DNA of 64,000 nucleotides, from NCBI RefSeq assembly GCF_009914755.1, contig NC_060926.1. The stretch is one strand, 5' to 3'. The notes under the pieces are model-generated. The model saw only the letters and a list, made by a program, of their open reading frames with translations. It did not search any database and was not told where the DNA came from. Position numbers and translations under genes: made by a program. Below are positions 1 to 15,111 of the stretch, piece by piece. Positions within the stretch are counted from its first letter, which is position 1. Every line of letters starts with the position of its first letter. Source of the DNA: the human T2T-CHM13v2.0 reference genome, Homo sapiens.

Positions 1-649
1 AAAGGCAGACAATTAGAGAATATTAAAACCTGACCAAAAAGATGTTTTAGATTTACAAGATTCCTATCTTAATTTTAAATGTTTTCTGCATGAAAAAAGT
101 TTACAATGAGAAAGTAAAACCTGCAAGTAAAACCTTCTGCTTTCGGCATCACGTGAATAGAATTCTGTGGGAAGGGGAATGGCCTTGAACACAGCCATGC
201 ACCCCGGAATTCCGCCATAGATGGGAGAGACTGACTTTGGCCTTGACAGTGCAATCTCAGAGGATTCTGTAACAACCCTTTTCTCAAATAATAACAATAA
301 AATTAAAAATCAAAACATACTGAAACTCTCTGGAATGATGAAAATGGCTTTTGGACAATGAAACTTTCACACCACGTGGCCTAGCTGAAACAGTCACCAT
401 TTAAGCTTATTCTCCAAGAAATAGGACGTCGAAACTGAATGCATTACATGCCCAAAGCAAGTTTATCTCTGGTTCAGGCAGTCCTTACTTGGCTATATAT
501 TTCCTTGTGCATGTCAGGCACATTTTGTTAATAGAGTGTTTCTTGTGCACAGAAATACTGGCTGGCATTCTCATCCACAACTGTAGTTGTGTCATTCATT
601 TTTATCAGACCTCAGCAGCTGTGAGGCTAATTAGGACTTTTGCACAGAC

Positions 650-805
650 TTTAATGTGCACAAGAATCACTAAAGAATCATGTTAAACATGCAGATTCTC
701 GGTCAATAGTCTGGGAGGTGAGGCAGATCTAAGATTCTACATTTCTGATAAGCTTCCAGGTAATGCTAATGCTGCAGGCCCCAAACCCCACTTTGAGTAG
801 CAAGG
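650..805. mobile_element. MER5-type hAT-Charlie fossil
   Basis: Motifs gttaaacatgcagattc...catttctgataagcttccaggtaatgctaatgctgc...ccactttgagtagca resemble MER5A. Confidence 0.6.
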
Positions 806-1006
806 GTTTGAATGAATTTTTGTCTTTTCTGATAAACAATTATCAAGTTCCAATGAAATAAGCAAGCAATTGAATCTTATTAACAATGAAATAATCAGAA
901 GGGCAAAACAGCTTGGCATGTGACTGAGACTGGGTTTGATGTATGGGTTTCTTAGTGCCAAATAATTTTCAGAGTGTTTACTTTTTCTTTTTTCACTTGA
1001 ATCTAG

Positions 1007-1051
1007 GGCTTTCCAGGACTTCCAGGACTCACGGGTTCCAAAGGTGTAAGG
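1007..1051 (+). CDS. COL4A3: exon 4 (45 nt)
   Basis: tag|GFPGLPGLTGSKGVR|gttagt. Confidence 0.97.
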
Positions 1052-1109
1052 GTTAGTAGTCCAACCAGTCCACCCTGATCGTTAAAAGATCAGCTTTTCA
1101 CAGTAAGAG

Positions 1110-1400
1110 TTATACAAATGTCAGAAAGGAGTACACTGTGTATGGTTCCATAGATGAAGTTCAAGAACAGGTAATACTAATCTGTAATGGTAGATGTCAA
1201 AGGAGTGGTTACCACATTAGGGGCAAGTGTTAAACTGACCAAGAAAGGCCATGAAGGAACCTCTGGAGTGATAAAGATGCTCTGTGTCTGATGAGATGAT
1301 GGTATATAAAACTGCACATAGGTCAACCTTTGTTAAGCTGTTCAATTAAGCTGTTCTCAAAAGATTGGAGCACTTCATTGCATGCAAATTGTACCTTAGG
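1110..1400 (+). mobile_element. old L1M 3' end fragment
   Basis: tacactgtgtatggttccatagatgaagttcaagaacaggtaatactaatct...gtggttacc typical of L1MC/ME 3' UTRs. Confidence 0.55.
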
Positions 1401-1637
1401 AATCGATCCAAAAAAGCCAAAAATAATCTTAATGATATCTTTTTAAGAGTTACATAAATGTGAGATTTACAAAAGTTTGTTAAACCTTTAGTATTTGTTT
1501 TCCCAATCGTTTCGAGCTATTCCCAGTTATAGTGGAGGAAAAAGATTATCGCAATGGTAAATAAATTTATGTTTATAGATTGAACATTTTTAAAGTTTTT
1601 TTTTTTTGCCACCCCCTCCTTTTTCCTATGTCTTCAG

Positions 1638-1682
1638 GGAATAAGTGGATTGCCAGGATTTTCTGGTTCTCCTGGACTTCCA
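1638..1682 (+). CDS. COL4A3: exon 5 (45 nt)
   Basis: cag|GISGLPGFSGSPGLP|gtaagt. Confidence 0.97.
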
Positions 1683-1923
1683 GTAAGTAATGGGAAAAAT
1701 CCGTAGCTAGAAAATTTAAAAGTAAGCTCATTTTAATAAAGATGTTAAAACAGTCGTGCAAGAAAATGTGTTCTGATGCATTTGTTACATGAAGAAAATA
1801 GCACCTTAGGATGGTATATTATACTAGTGTGTGGATTTATATGACATATGAGTCAAAATGTACTTCCTGAAATACAAGCAGGACAGGATAGGATAGGGTA
1901 GGATAATTAGTAAATTATATGGT

Positions 1924-2234
1924 AAGTCGGCCCTCCATATCCAGTGATTCCACATCCATGGATTCAACCAACCAACTGTAGATCAAAAATATTTAAAAAA
2001 AAACAATAAAAATTGTACAAACCTAAAAACCATTACACTATAACAACTATTTACATAGAATTCACATTGTATTAGGTATTATAAGTAATCTAGAAATGAC
2101 TTTAAGCATACAGGAGGATATGTATAAGTCATGTGCAAATACGGTACCATTCTATATAAGAGACTTGAGTATCTATGGATTTTGGTATTCATAGGGGTCC
2201 TGGAACTAACCCCCACAGGTGCTGAAGGAAACTA
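1924..2234 (-). mobile_element. MER2 (Tigger-family non-autonomous DNA transposon)
   Basis: cattgtattaggtattataagtaatctaga...gacttgagtatctatggattttggtattcataggggtcctggaac matches MER2 reverse complement; degenerate TIRs. Confidence 0.8.
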
Positions 2235-2622
2235 TATGTTACAAGCTGATAGAATAGGATAGGATAGGGTAGAATGAAATGATTGTATTTAATAGCACAG
2301 AATAATAAAATAGTTTCATCTGTGCACACTTTCCTCTTCTTTTTCCCTTCCTTTCTCCCCAGCTTAAAACAGCATGTTAAAGGACTCTTTTATTTTATGG
2401 ATAAAAGGCGTTTGCTTTATTTGAAATATCCACATCTCATTTGATAAGTCTTCATATCAGTCAGCCTGTTTAGTTTGTTGCTACTGAAATTATATGTAAA
2501 ACCACAATGTACATTTACTACTTAACCATTTAAACAATCATTTATATTTCAAGAGCTATTTAAATCAGTGCATCTTTTCCCTTGGGTTCAGTGCTGTTTC
2601 TTGGGATGACCCTCCTCATTGA

Positions 2623-2730
<108 letters not shown>

Positions 2731-3371
2731 TAATAAATGCTTTGCTGAATGATTAAATCAAGGTGAAATGGCAATGAAAGGCAGACAGGCTTCCCTTGAA
2801 AACATTCCTTTAGGCCAGAACCAACAGCATAATTTGGAGGCAGGAAACTTCCCATTTTCTTTCTTCGCATTCCTTGCTTTCTAATTGTCTTTTAAGGAAA
2901 GTTCTCCCACAGAAAGAAAACTTGGAGCTCAACTGGTTGTTTTCATCTGAGGCTGTGTGTATAAATCAGAAACCAAAGCTTTGAGTGCAGAATTAGTTTT
3001 GGGGAAGGAATGACTGAGCTTTTCACTGTTCACTCACCTCCTTTTGTTTTCGAACTGAGCTCTCCTTTTCTCCAGAATGGTGGCCATGAATGAACTAATT
3101 ACTCAAGTTTGAAGGAAACAGCAATTAAAAAGTTCTTGGCGCAATTAGACTTTGCCATTTATGCACAATTTGAGAAACAGTATTCTAATCCTGTTTTTAA
3201 TTAAGATAATGGTTTTTTGGTCTTCAGCCTCATGACCCAGTAGCCATAAGGAATTCGGGTTACTTTGTCTAGATTTACCATTGCAAGGTTGGAAGCGAGA
3301 AACAGGAAAAATATCTGAATAGGCTCTTCTAGAACAACTAAGAATAATAAGAAACTTTGTATGTCTTTTAG

Positions 3372-3425
3372 GGTGAGCAGGGGTTTCCAGGACTCCCAGG
3401 GACACTGGGCTACCCAGGGATCCCG
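3372..3425 (+). CDS. COL4A3: exon 7 (54 nt)
   Basis: tag|GEQGFPGLPGTLGYPGIP|gtaggt. Confidence 0.97.
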
Positions 3426-3599
3426 GTAGGTTTGCATGCCTAATTCCCCAACAAAGACATAAAGTATAAATAACAGTGGTCTACTCCATATGGCCATATA
3501 CACAAATCCGTCATGACTTTAGGGAAGTCTGGGGTAGCCATAGTAGACATTCAACTAATAGTTAGGGAATGGATGAATACATGCATTATGAGTGTAGGA

Positions 3600-4120
3600 T
3601 TAGAGGTTGAGGCTTTGTTTTACTTTTGAGACATCCAAGTGGAGATGCATGAGAGGTACTTGGATTCACTCAGAGAAGAGGTTCCAGCTGGTGGTGACTC
3701 AAGGAGTCAGAGTGAGGAGAAAAGGGGCTTAGAACTGAGACTTAGCTCCAGCAGTGATGTTGAGATCAAGGAGAATGATCCTGTAAAGGAGGAGCAGCCC
3801 TGGTGGGAGAAAGAAAACCAGCAGAGGTGTATTATGGAGGCCCAGGAAACACCTATTGTAGTAGAAGGGAGTGGCAGACAGCTGCTGGATGCTGCTGCAA
3901 AGTCCAGTCAGAGGAGTACTGACATGTTGGCATTGGTTTTAGCAACATCAATATCATGTCTGACCTTAGCAAGGGACAATTCCACGGCAGGATGGAGCAG
4001 GGGGCAGATTTGGAACTGAGGAATGGGTGGGAAATGAACAAAATGGGAAGTTCACAGGTGAGACGAAGGAGAGACAGGACAATATGGTGGGAAGTAAAAG
4101 ATTAAGGGAAGACTTTGCTT
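3600..4120 (-). mobile_element. L2 fragment
   Basis: Purine-rich tract with gagacatccaagtggagatg...gaggtacttggattc typical of antisense L2. Confidence 0.5.
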
Positions 4121-4244
4121 TGTAAGGCCGTGGGAGGTGTACAGTGGGGAGAGGATGCACAATAGCAGAGAGGGCAGAGCAGACCGAGTAGGAGTGTGTG
4201 CGTTTGATATTCCTCTAGTTGTTCATAGGTTGCTTTTTTCCTAG

Positions 4245-4271
4245 GGTGCTGCTGGTTTGAAAGGACAAAAG
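4245..4271 (+). CDS. COL4A3: exon 8 (27-nt microexon)
   Basis: tag|GAAGLKGQK|gtaagt. Confidence 0.96.
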
Positions 4272-4629
4272 GTAAGTCATTGGTGGAATGCTGTCACTGA
4301 AAATCTCTAACTGTACATATGAAAAGGACGTCTATTAAATAATGAGACTTAAGTCATTACAAATAAGATTTCATAATCCAGACCTTAATCATTCAGAAAC
4401 AATAATAATCGGGACATGATATTTATTCCTATTAAATAGCTCCTTCTGGCTCTTGTCATAAAGAGTCTTAAGGATACAGGTTTTGTATCACTGTTGAAAG
4501 AAATAGGGTCTTGGAGAAGAAAACTGACCTCATGCTCAGGGCCCCACATTCTAGGGCAGGGATTGTCACTATTTTTGGTATCTTGGGAAATGTTTTATTA
4601 CCCCTGCGTCTTTCTTCTTTCCACTGTAA

Positions 4630-4925
<296 letters not shown>

Positions 4926-5102
4926 CCACTGTAAATTTTTGATTTTAGAAAATATGAAAATGCTTTGAATTCTTCATAATGGAATAATTACAAAATCATA
5001 AATCATTTCTCTGAGTACATAACTTGAAAAGCATTTTTATCTTTGAAGAAATATAACTTTGAATAAGCACTTGAAGGGGTTTTGAAAATATAACATTGAT
5101 GA

Positions 5103-5300
<198 letters not shown>

Positions 5301-5624
5301 TAAGTCCCTCTCACTCTCTTAAGAAGATTTTAAATAGAAATTCCTATTTATTCTATTTACATGTCTGGCCTCATTTCATTCTAAAGCTTTCACCCTATTC
5401 TGGAAAACTACATGATGCTGATATGCAAAGATGATTTGAGTATGTTTTTCGTCCTCTTCTTCACTCTCAGTCACCAAGCTTGCCTGAATCTAACAGGAAT
5501 AGTTATGTACCACTTAATTTGTATTTGTTGAAAATAAGGGTAGCTTTGTATCACACATTGAGTATCATTTAAATCTGTAATTTTAAATAACAGCCCTATT
5601 TTAAAATTTGCATAATGATAAATA

Positions 5625-5720
5625 AAAGGTTTTTATTTAAATGCAACTCTCTCCAGTTGAAGTTGAGATAATAAAGAAAAGAAAGGTTTTTGTTTAAATG
5701 CAACTCTCTCCAGTTGAAGT
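5625..5720. repeat. 39-bp direct repeat x2, 18-bp spacer
   Basis: 5625-5663 and 5682-5720, one mismatch. Confidence 0.9.
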
Positions 5721-5895
5721 GTTTGCTTTTCTGATTTATATGTACGTAGCCTGAGTATGATCCAAAAGGGATACAAAGAGACACAACTGCCTTTGGGGCT
5801 GTGTGTGCTTTCCTTTGTGATTCAAAAAGACCCTTTCATAGACCTAAACCACAAGTGCTAACTTTCAGGTTATAATTATATATAACCAAAATTAG

Positions 5896-6225
<330 letters not shown>

Positions 6226-6680
6226 AATTAACCAGAATTATTTTAACTTAGTTCAGAATTATATGTAAAAATTCCTGGGTAGAGATGGGATATTTGCCTA
6301 AGTGAGTTTGAGGTGAGGCTGTTGAAATCCTGTATGGTGCGCTATCCTAACTGAGGATGTGAAGTTAGATTAGGAGCTGCAAAAAATGCAGAATGATGCA
6401 ATTAGGAGCCATTATAGGCTTCTGAAAAGAGATGCAAGATATGATGGCTCTCGCTTTTTTGCTTAGAAAACATTTAAGAGTCCAGATGCTGAAGGCAGGG
6501 GATCCAGGAAGAAGAGATAATAGTAATCTGAGATATTGATACATTCTTTAAATGTGTATTGATTATCGTATATGTATTAGTCATTGTGATGATGCTGAAG
6601 ATATAATGATGGTACATTTGATTACACAAGAAATATTTTTTACCTGCCAATTATGTGCTAGGGGCTATTTCTAGGCTCTA

Positions 6681-7073
<393 letters not shown>

Positions 7074-7089
7074 TTAAAAATTGTATGAA

Positions 7090-7207
7090 CCAGGCATGGT
7101 GGCATGTGCCTGTAGTCCCAGCTACTTGGGAAAGCTGAGACAGGAAGGTCTCTTGAGCCTAGTTATAGGCCAGCCTGGGCAACACAGCAAGACCCAGTCT
7201 CTTAAAA
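7090..7207 (+). mobile_element. Alu monomer (FLAM-like)
   Basis: Single diverged Alu arm ending in A/TA tail. Confidence 0.75.
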
Positions 7208-7795
7208 TATATATATATATTGCCTTCATAGAGCTTACATTCTCATGGGGGAAACAAAAGCGTGTAAATGAGTAACTCTATGGTGTGTGAGTAATAAATG
7301 CTAAAAGTAAAAATAATGCACGAAAGCAGGATAGGAAGTGTCTGGGTTGGAAGGTGGGTTACAACTTTGGATAAGCAGGAAGGCTTTATGGAAAGGATGA
7401 CAATTGCATAAAGACAAGAAAAGGAAAAGGGAGTGAGTTATACTGATACCTGGGAAAAGGGGATTCTAGGCAGAGGGAGAGCAGGTGGCAGGCCCTAACG
7501 TAGGAGCATGCTTGGCCAAAATGAGAGAGAAAGGAAAAGGGAGAAGAAAAGAGGTGGGAAGAAAGAGAAAAGCAAAATTTTGAAACGTCTGAAGTAAAGC
7601 AACTACTTTGGTCATTTTAGAAATGTTATCGTCCAGTTGGTCCTGCCAGCCTGTTACACATGGCAACACTTTTTGATGTTTGTTATCATTAGCTGCAGCC
7701 ACTGAAAGGGGAGGTGTTATGCTCTTCTGATTTTATTAAAATATTTTAATGCATTTAATTAATGGACATTGTTATTAAGTGAGAAGTAAATTTAA

Positions 7796-7948
<153 letters not shown>

Positions 7949-8021
7949 TAAAAAGTTATTAAAAGAATTTTTCTGGTTGGATGCATTTCCTGCTGTGATT
8001 TTCATTTGTGGATTTTTCTAG

Positions 8022-8057
8022 GGCTTTCCAGGAGCCATGGGACCTAGAGGACCTAAG
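8022..8057 (+). CDS. COL4A3: exon 11 (36 nt)
   Basis: tag|GFPGAMGPRGPK|gtagac. Confidence 0.97.
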
Positions 8058-8471
8058 GTAGACTACAGTTCATATGATGTAACAGCTAGCACACCCTACT
8101 CAATCTCAAAGCCAAACCTGGTCTGCTTCTTCATGTGGGTCACTGTTAGGCACCTCTCTGGAACTCACAAGGATCCCTAGCAGGGAAGAGCATGGCTAGC
8201 TGCTCTCACCTCTTTTCTCCTTGCATTTCAGTACCTTGATCCCTGATACAAAGAATCTTAATTCAATTTATAAGAAGCTACTTATCACGAAAAAAGGCAA
8301 GGATTCTTAATCCACAGGTTTTCCATTTCTGATCATCTCACACAGCACATTATCCTCTGAGTTTTTGTAGTGTGCTGCTTCACAAAGCCAACCTGGTCTT
8401 ATGCTAGTAAGTAAAAGATGACTATTTGTGTGCTCATTACACAGGGTCTTGCATGCATTTCTGTTAAGACC

Positions 8472-8792
<321 letters not shown>

Positions 8793-8850
8793 TTAGTTTA
8801 ACTATAAAAATGTTGAGTGAGGCTGAGCCCCAACAGGAAATTGGTCCTAA

Positions 8851-9202
<352 letters not shown>

Positions 9203-9272
9203 TGGGTAGCCTTTTATATGAGGTATTTTCCAAGATACTTTCATATTTATTATCTCATTGATACACACAAAT

Positions 9273-9273
<1 letters not shown>

Positions 9274-9307
<34 letters not shown>
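9274..9307. repeat. (CA)n microsatellite
   Basis: About 17 CA units. Confidence 0.95.
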
Positions 9308-9308
<1 letters not shown>

Positions 9309-9980
9309 ATGCATGCACGCACCCTGAGAGATGGATAGGTTCTGGTTAAGTGAATTTTCCAATAGACAGTACATGGCAGAGCTGAGGTTTAAAGTGTTTT
9401 GATCTAGCTTTGGTCTAACAAGGGGAAGATCTGCATACTCAGTGGTGAAAAAGCAAGCAGATATGAGTTGAAATGATGGATCAGCCATCATTAGTGAAGA
9501 AACTATTCGCATTAGACTCATGTCACTAAATTACTAGTGAAGTCGGTAGCTGGAATTCTATTCTTAGATTCTCTATTAAGTATTGAATTTCAGAATCCTG
9601 AAATGCAGCTACCCATTCTTATTTTTAAAACAAGAAAACAAGAGCATCAGGAAGTTAAGTAGCCGGCCAGTGGGATTAAAACTAGCTAATGCAGAGCCAG
9701 AAAAATATGCTCTGAGCTGGGCTCCTTTCCCTCCCCCACACCACTGCATGTCAGCATTTGCCATGTTAGGTAAATCCCTTAAGCTTTCTGCACCTTAAGA
9801 GCTCCTCCTTTAAAAGAAACATATCAATGCTCTTCTCTAAGAAATAGCTAAAATATGTATCATTCTAAAATGAAAGTTAAAATATAAATGCTCCCTTACA
9901 AATATTGGAACTTTGATGGGTTTAGACTATTTATTCATATTTATTTTTAGAAAATAATTTGGTTTTGTGTTTTCTTACAG

Positions 9981-10022
9981 GGTCACATGGGTGAAAGAGT
10001 GATAGGACATAAAGGAGAGCGG
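9981..10022 (+). CDS. COL4A3: exon 12 (42 nt)
   Basis: cag|GHMGERVIGHKGER|gtaatt. Confidence 0.97.
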
Positions 10023-10245
10023 GTAATTTAAATACTATGTTTTATTAGCAGGCGAGATATTTTATGTCCCAGAGCATATCAGCCTATACCGTTTACTTAC
10101 GGGCCAAGCTGAAATTGATGGGCCTTCATTTGTTCTATCTTCCCGTATAAGCACTAAAGGGGAAAAGTAGACCTTTCAAACGTAGTAACATTGAAATGTT
10201 GATGCTGTTGTTTATTTTCTCACTCCTGAGTGTTTTTGTCTTTAG

Positions 10246-10344
<99 letters not shown>

Positions 10345-10523
10345 TAGTGTTGTGCCTTCCCGTGTCTAGGAGGAAGTCCTTGTGACCCTGCACCTCTTTT
10401 ACAAGCTCTTGTTATCTAAGTCCAGCTCAGCCCAGCTCCCTCAGCCAGCCAGAACCTCCAGGATTGATTCCTTCCCGTCCTTTACTCATAAATCCTGGAA
10501 ATATTACATGGGGAAGATCTGAG

Positions 10524-10580
10524 GCTCCAGCTTGGGCAACAGAGTGAGACTTCATTTAAAAAAAAAAACAACAAAAAAAA
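10524..10580 (+). mobile_element. severely 5'-truncated Alu 3' end
   Basis: ctccagcttgggcaacagagtgagact plus A-rich tail. Confidence 0.75.
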
Positions 10581-10748
10581 GATACTTAAAAAAAAGCTTG
10601 CAGGTAGTTTCAGTGAGTTCGCAGGTATAAAATTTGAAATGTGAGAAATGGAAGGTGTATTGGGTTGTGTTAACACGAGGCACATTCATAGTTTGTAAAC
10701 CCAGTTTATTGAACAGATAGAGGATTTGTCCCACTGTTGAATCAGTGA

Positions 10749-10895
<147 letters not shown>

Positions 10896-11331
10896 TAAAG
10901 TAGAGCCTTAGTATTTACTTTGATGTGTGTTTTGTCTTAAGTTGTTTTTTTTTTTAAAGAAAGTAAAGGAATAAAAGAATGGCTACTCCACAGGCAGAGC
11001 AGCTATTGCTTTTAAGTCTTAATATTGGCTAAAATACAATAACATTTGACCGCAGAGATCATGAATACACTAGAGTTATTTTACGGCCACTCCTAGCTGA
11101 AATCCTTGCACTGCTGTACATGCACCCAATGCCACCCATCCTATGACTTATCTTCAGCATCAGCTTTTTTAGCATCTGTTTTTTAATTACTATTCATCAA
11201 TAAGATTTCTCTCTTAGATGGCTCAGCACTGAAACATGTTTTTAAATGGCAGAATAACCAAAAGGGACAAATTAATAAAAATCAATGTAAGTAAAAAAAT
11301 CAGTAATTCATAAAATTTGACATGGCTCTAA

Positions 11332-11433
<102 letters not shown>

Positions 11434-11435
11434 TG

Positions 11436-12030
11436 ATTAGTCAGGACTTGGGACTCTTTAGGTTACAGGAACAAGATGCCCAACTCAAACTAGCTCAAGC
11501 TAAAAATTTCTGTTCTTTAAGATTTGGGAGGCAGGATTTACTTACTCAAGTATCTAAGACGTTCAAGGCTAAAACAGGGTTCAAGGACTTCAGAGCCTGA
11601 AAACATAAGGGCAGGACTCCCTCTCCATCTCACTTCTGCTTCTCTCTGCATATCAGCCTCATTCTCTCCTCTGGCAGATGATCTTCCATGTCAGGGGAGA
11701 TGGGGAGAAAGAGCTACCCTGCAGCAGACAACTTCAGGCTAATGGCATTAGAGGAGAAAGAGAGCATATTTCTCCCTGTGTCCATTTATAAAATCCCAGG
11801 GAATTCATCTCATTGGCCCAGCTTGGTCATATCTGGTCTCACTCTGGATAAAAGGCAGTGACCAAGAGAAAAGGGTACTATAATTGGCCAGGCCAGTGGG
11901 GCAGTGGGCTACTGAGACTGACAGTGCCATCAGAACCACCCAGAGGGAGGGAAGAGCAGCCCCCACAAAGGAAATAGGGCAATCTGTGACCAGAAGTGGG
12001 CAGCTGGAAAAACGGAAGCAGCAGGGGCCC
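11436..12030 (-). mobile_element. old MaLR LTR (MLT1J/K-like)
   Basis: ttagtcaggact...cccaactcaaactagc...tctcattggcccagcttggtca motifs. Confidence 0.55.
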
Positions 12031-12710
12031 CCACTACCCCACCCAGATCCATTTTGGAAAGATTTAAATCCATATATTGTGTTAAATCTCTAAAAGTTAT
12101 ACATTTGGAAAAGTAAAATCTACAAAACTTATACATAAGCAAAGAATGTATTTTTTGGCCTGAGAAAAAATATTCAATGAACATGATTTTTAAATTTTAT
12201 CAGGAAGGGCAAATACCATAAAAGTCAATCCAAACTGCCGGTTGAGATACCACACTATATCTTTTATACATATATTTAAATATAGGCAGACCTGGGGTCC
12301 AAGGAATTACCAATATTTCAAATAAATAAATAAATGGACTGTAAACACCTTCCTTTTTCTAGGCTTCCTTATTTACTTCTCTGCCCAGTGTGTGTGTGTT
12401 TTTTTTTTCCCTTCCAAGTTTAGAATGAACAGCATCAGCTCTAATTTAAGTTTGGCTGTTAATGTCCTTCCTTCCTTCTCTGACTTTCTCCAGTTTCCCA
12501 TTCTGACTGGCTTCTGCTTTCCCTGGAAAGAGAGGGCCATTGTGTATTCTGTGGTTAATAGTTTTTCCTTCTAACACCTGGGTGAAGATCTTTACTCAGG
12601 CTTTTCATGCCTGAGGTCAAGAGGAGATGATCATATCACTTAAGATTTCCGTATTTGTAAAGTTAGCCATATTTATTACATTTCATGTTTTTGATTTGTT
12701 TTTGCTGTAG

Positions 12711-12755
12711 GGAAAACCCGGAAAAGATGGTGTTCCTGGCTTCCCTGGAAGTGAG
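12711..12755 (+). CDS. COL4A3: exon 16 (45 nt)
   Basis: tag|GKPGKDGVPGFPGSE|gtatag. Confidence 0.97.
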
Positions 12756-13027
12756 GTATAGAGTTGATTTGGCCTATGGAGGTAGTAAAAATGTCAGTCC
12801 TACTAGCTGAAGAAGGATTTTTTAAAATCACTAAATAGTTATAAACAAACAAAAAGCTTACAGCTTTTAAAAACTGCATTTGGGAATCATAGTTTTACAT
12901 CCCCACTGTGAAGAGAGATCATCTGAGCACATTCTTTTGTTTCAGAGGAGTTCAAATTGCACCTGCTCCCCCAGAAGAAGTTGGCTCCTGTGTCTTCTGA
13001 CCCATTTCTTTTTGTTCTTTTCTTTAG

Positions 13028-13081
13028 GGAGTCAAGGGCAACAGGGGTTTCCCTGGGTTAATGGGTGAAGATGGCATTAAG
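13028..13081 (+). CDS. COL4A3: exon 17 (54 nt)
   Basis: tag|GVKGNRGFPGLMGEDGIK|gtaatc. Confidence 0.97.
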
Positions 13082-13521
13082 GTAATCCTCTCCCTAATAG
13101 CCTATTTTAATAGGTTGGGTTTTGCCTGTGCTTTTACTTTTACCTCCAACCCTGGACCTAAGTACAAGGGATTACAATAACAGACTTCATTCAAATACCC
13201 TACTAGGTCTGTTAAGAAGAAAAGAGAGATGTGGCAACTTTACTTAAACATTTGAAGGGTGTTCTTGAGGAAAAGGTATTAAACTTGTACTGTGTACTTG
13301 AAGCTGTCTGACTTAGGACCAGTGAGAGTGCAGCTTCCCATGAGGAAGAGGTTGAAAAAATCCTACAATTGTAGGAAGTTTGTGGTTATTTGAGATCAAG
13401 CATAGGCTAGAGTTCATGAGTCTTAATCTGAGTCATGATACATTGAAAGGTCATGATCAATTAGTTGTGAACTGTATTCTGCCCTTCTGACAATATGTTA
13501 CAAATATTTTCAAATCATGTG

Positions 13522-13829
13522 TAGTCATGTGTTGCTTCAAGATAGGGTTATGTCCTGAGAAATGCATCATTAGGTGATTCTGTCATTGTGTGAACATCAT
13601 AGAGTGTACTCACACAAACCTAGATGGCAGAGACTGTTGCTCCTGGACTACAAACCTGCACAGCATGTTACTGTACTGAATAATGTAGGCAATTGTAACA
13701 CAAAGGTGGGTATTTGTGTATCTAAACATAGAAAATATGTAGTAAAAATGTGATATTATAATTTTATGAGACCACTATCATATACACAGTCCATCACTGA
13801 CCCAAACATTGTCATGTGGCACATGGCTA
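13522..13829 (-). mobile_element. Tigger3a-like DNA transposon
   Basis: TIR-like ends tagtcatgtgttgc and gtggcacatggcta; internal tgagaaatgcatcattaggtgatt. Confidence 0.75.
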
Positions 13830-14287
13830 TATATGTAGGTATATGTGCAGAGTCAAGATTTACCCTTTAATAGTATCACTTCCAGTAGAATTCTGAAATG
13901 ACTTCTTGAAGGAAAGGGGGTTGGTTACAGCTGGGACACTTGGAAATGCATACACCCCACAGACTGATATTCCTGTGCCTCTGACCTGGGTGAGAACACA
14001 GGAACATGCAATGAACATGAACAAGCATTGCAGATGGTGTTGTGAAAGAAACCTGGAGAACCACCAGGGCAATAACTACTTCTGTACAACCTTGTAGATG
14101 GGATTCCTTACCCAGATACGCGCTCTCCAGGAAAATAATTTAAAGTCAGTGTCTCTTTAACTTTAATTTGGTTTGTACATGACATCTACATATCAATATA
14201 TTGTTCATTTTAACTGTACATCTTGCTTTTTATATGTAAATACTTTGGGTGACCATATTCACAATTTGTAAATGTCTTTCACTGTAG

Positions 14288-14329
14288 GGACAGAAAGGGG
14301 ACATTGGCCCTCCAGGATTTCGTGGTCCA
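14288..14329 (+). CDS. COL4A3: exon 18 (42 nt)
   Basis: tag|GQKGDIGPPGFRGP|gtaagt. Confidence 0.97.
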
Positions 14330-14902
14330 GTAAGTGTGATTAAAGACAATATCAATGCTATGTTTGATCAAGTTCTTTAAAGTAGCAAGGAAATTTTGAA
14401 TCAGTGTCTCTCATTAACTGTGTGAGAGAGATTATAACATTTACCTTGTTGTCAAACCAGGGCAGAAAATAGCTGGTCACTATGTGTCCCTTTGACCACG
14501 GGTAAATATTTCTATTTGGTCCCTGGAAGGCACTAGTGATGCCCATGATGGGCTATGGAAGAGAAGAAAAGCTTTGTCTAAGCAGCCCAGGCCCAAGGTG
14601 ATCCTGCCCCTTCAGGGTAGAGGACAGTGAGACAACAAGGGATGAAGAAGTCAACTTCTCCTCCCTCCACCTGGGCCCGGGTTATGACAACGTGTTTAAT
14701 ACATGGTCAGCAAAAAGCAATCATTCCGGCCCAAGCTCTGTGTAGCAGGCAGTGCTCCCCTTCCCAGTGGACATGTATTTGATGTCAGCTCCTAACTGCA
14801 GAGCAGCCACATTTTATATTCTGTGACTCTGCAGCTGACGAAAAGGAGAAAGGGGACCCGGACTCTGAGTGCTGGTGTCCATTCATCTCCTACCTCAAAA
14901 AA

Positions 14903-15110
14903 CAGTGGTTCTCACATTCAGTGCGCCAAGCAAGGCTGTCGTGAATGGTCATGCAGGTTAAACAAAACGGCACATGGTGGCAAAAGGGTCATGAGGGGAA
15001 GGGGTGTCCTGTTAAAAATGCAGTTCTCAGACCCCCATGCTCAGTAATGTAACTCAGGAATTGGAGTGGGGCCTGGAAATCTGCATCTTTACACTGGATG
15101 CATAGAGCCC
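14903..15110. mobile_element. MER5-type fossil
   Basis: cagtggttctca...gttaaaaatgcag...ggggcctggaaatctgcat. Confidence 0.5.
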
Positions 15111-15111
15111 C

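Noticed and set aside
3639-4019. 126-aa Glu-rich + strand ORF
   Set aside because: Lies in a purine-rich L2 remnant; no recognisable domain; GTG start.
5625-5720. Repeat-spacer-repeat resembling a mini CRISPR array
   Set aside because: Only two copies, human intron, no cas genes or leader; a local duplication explains it.
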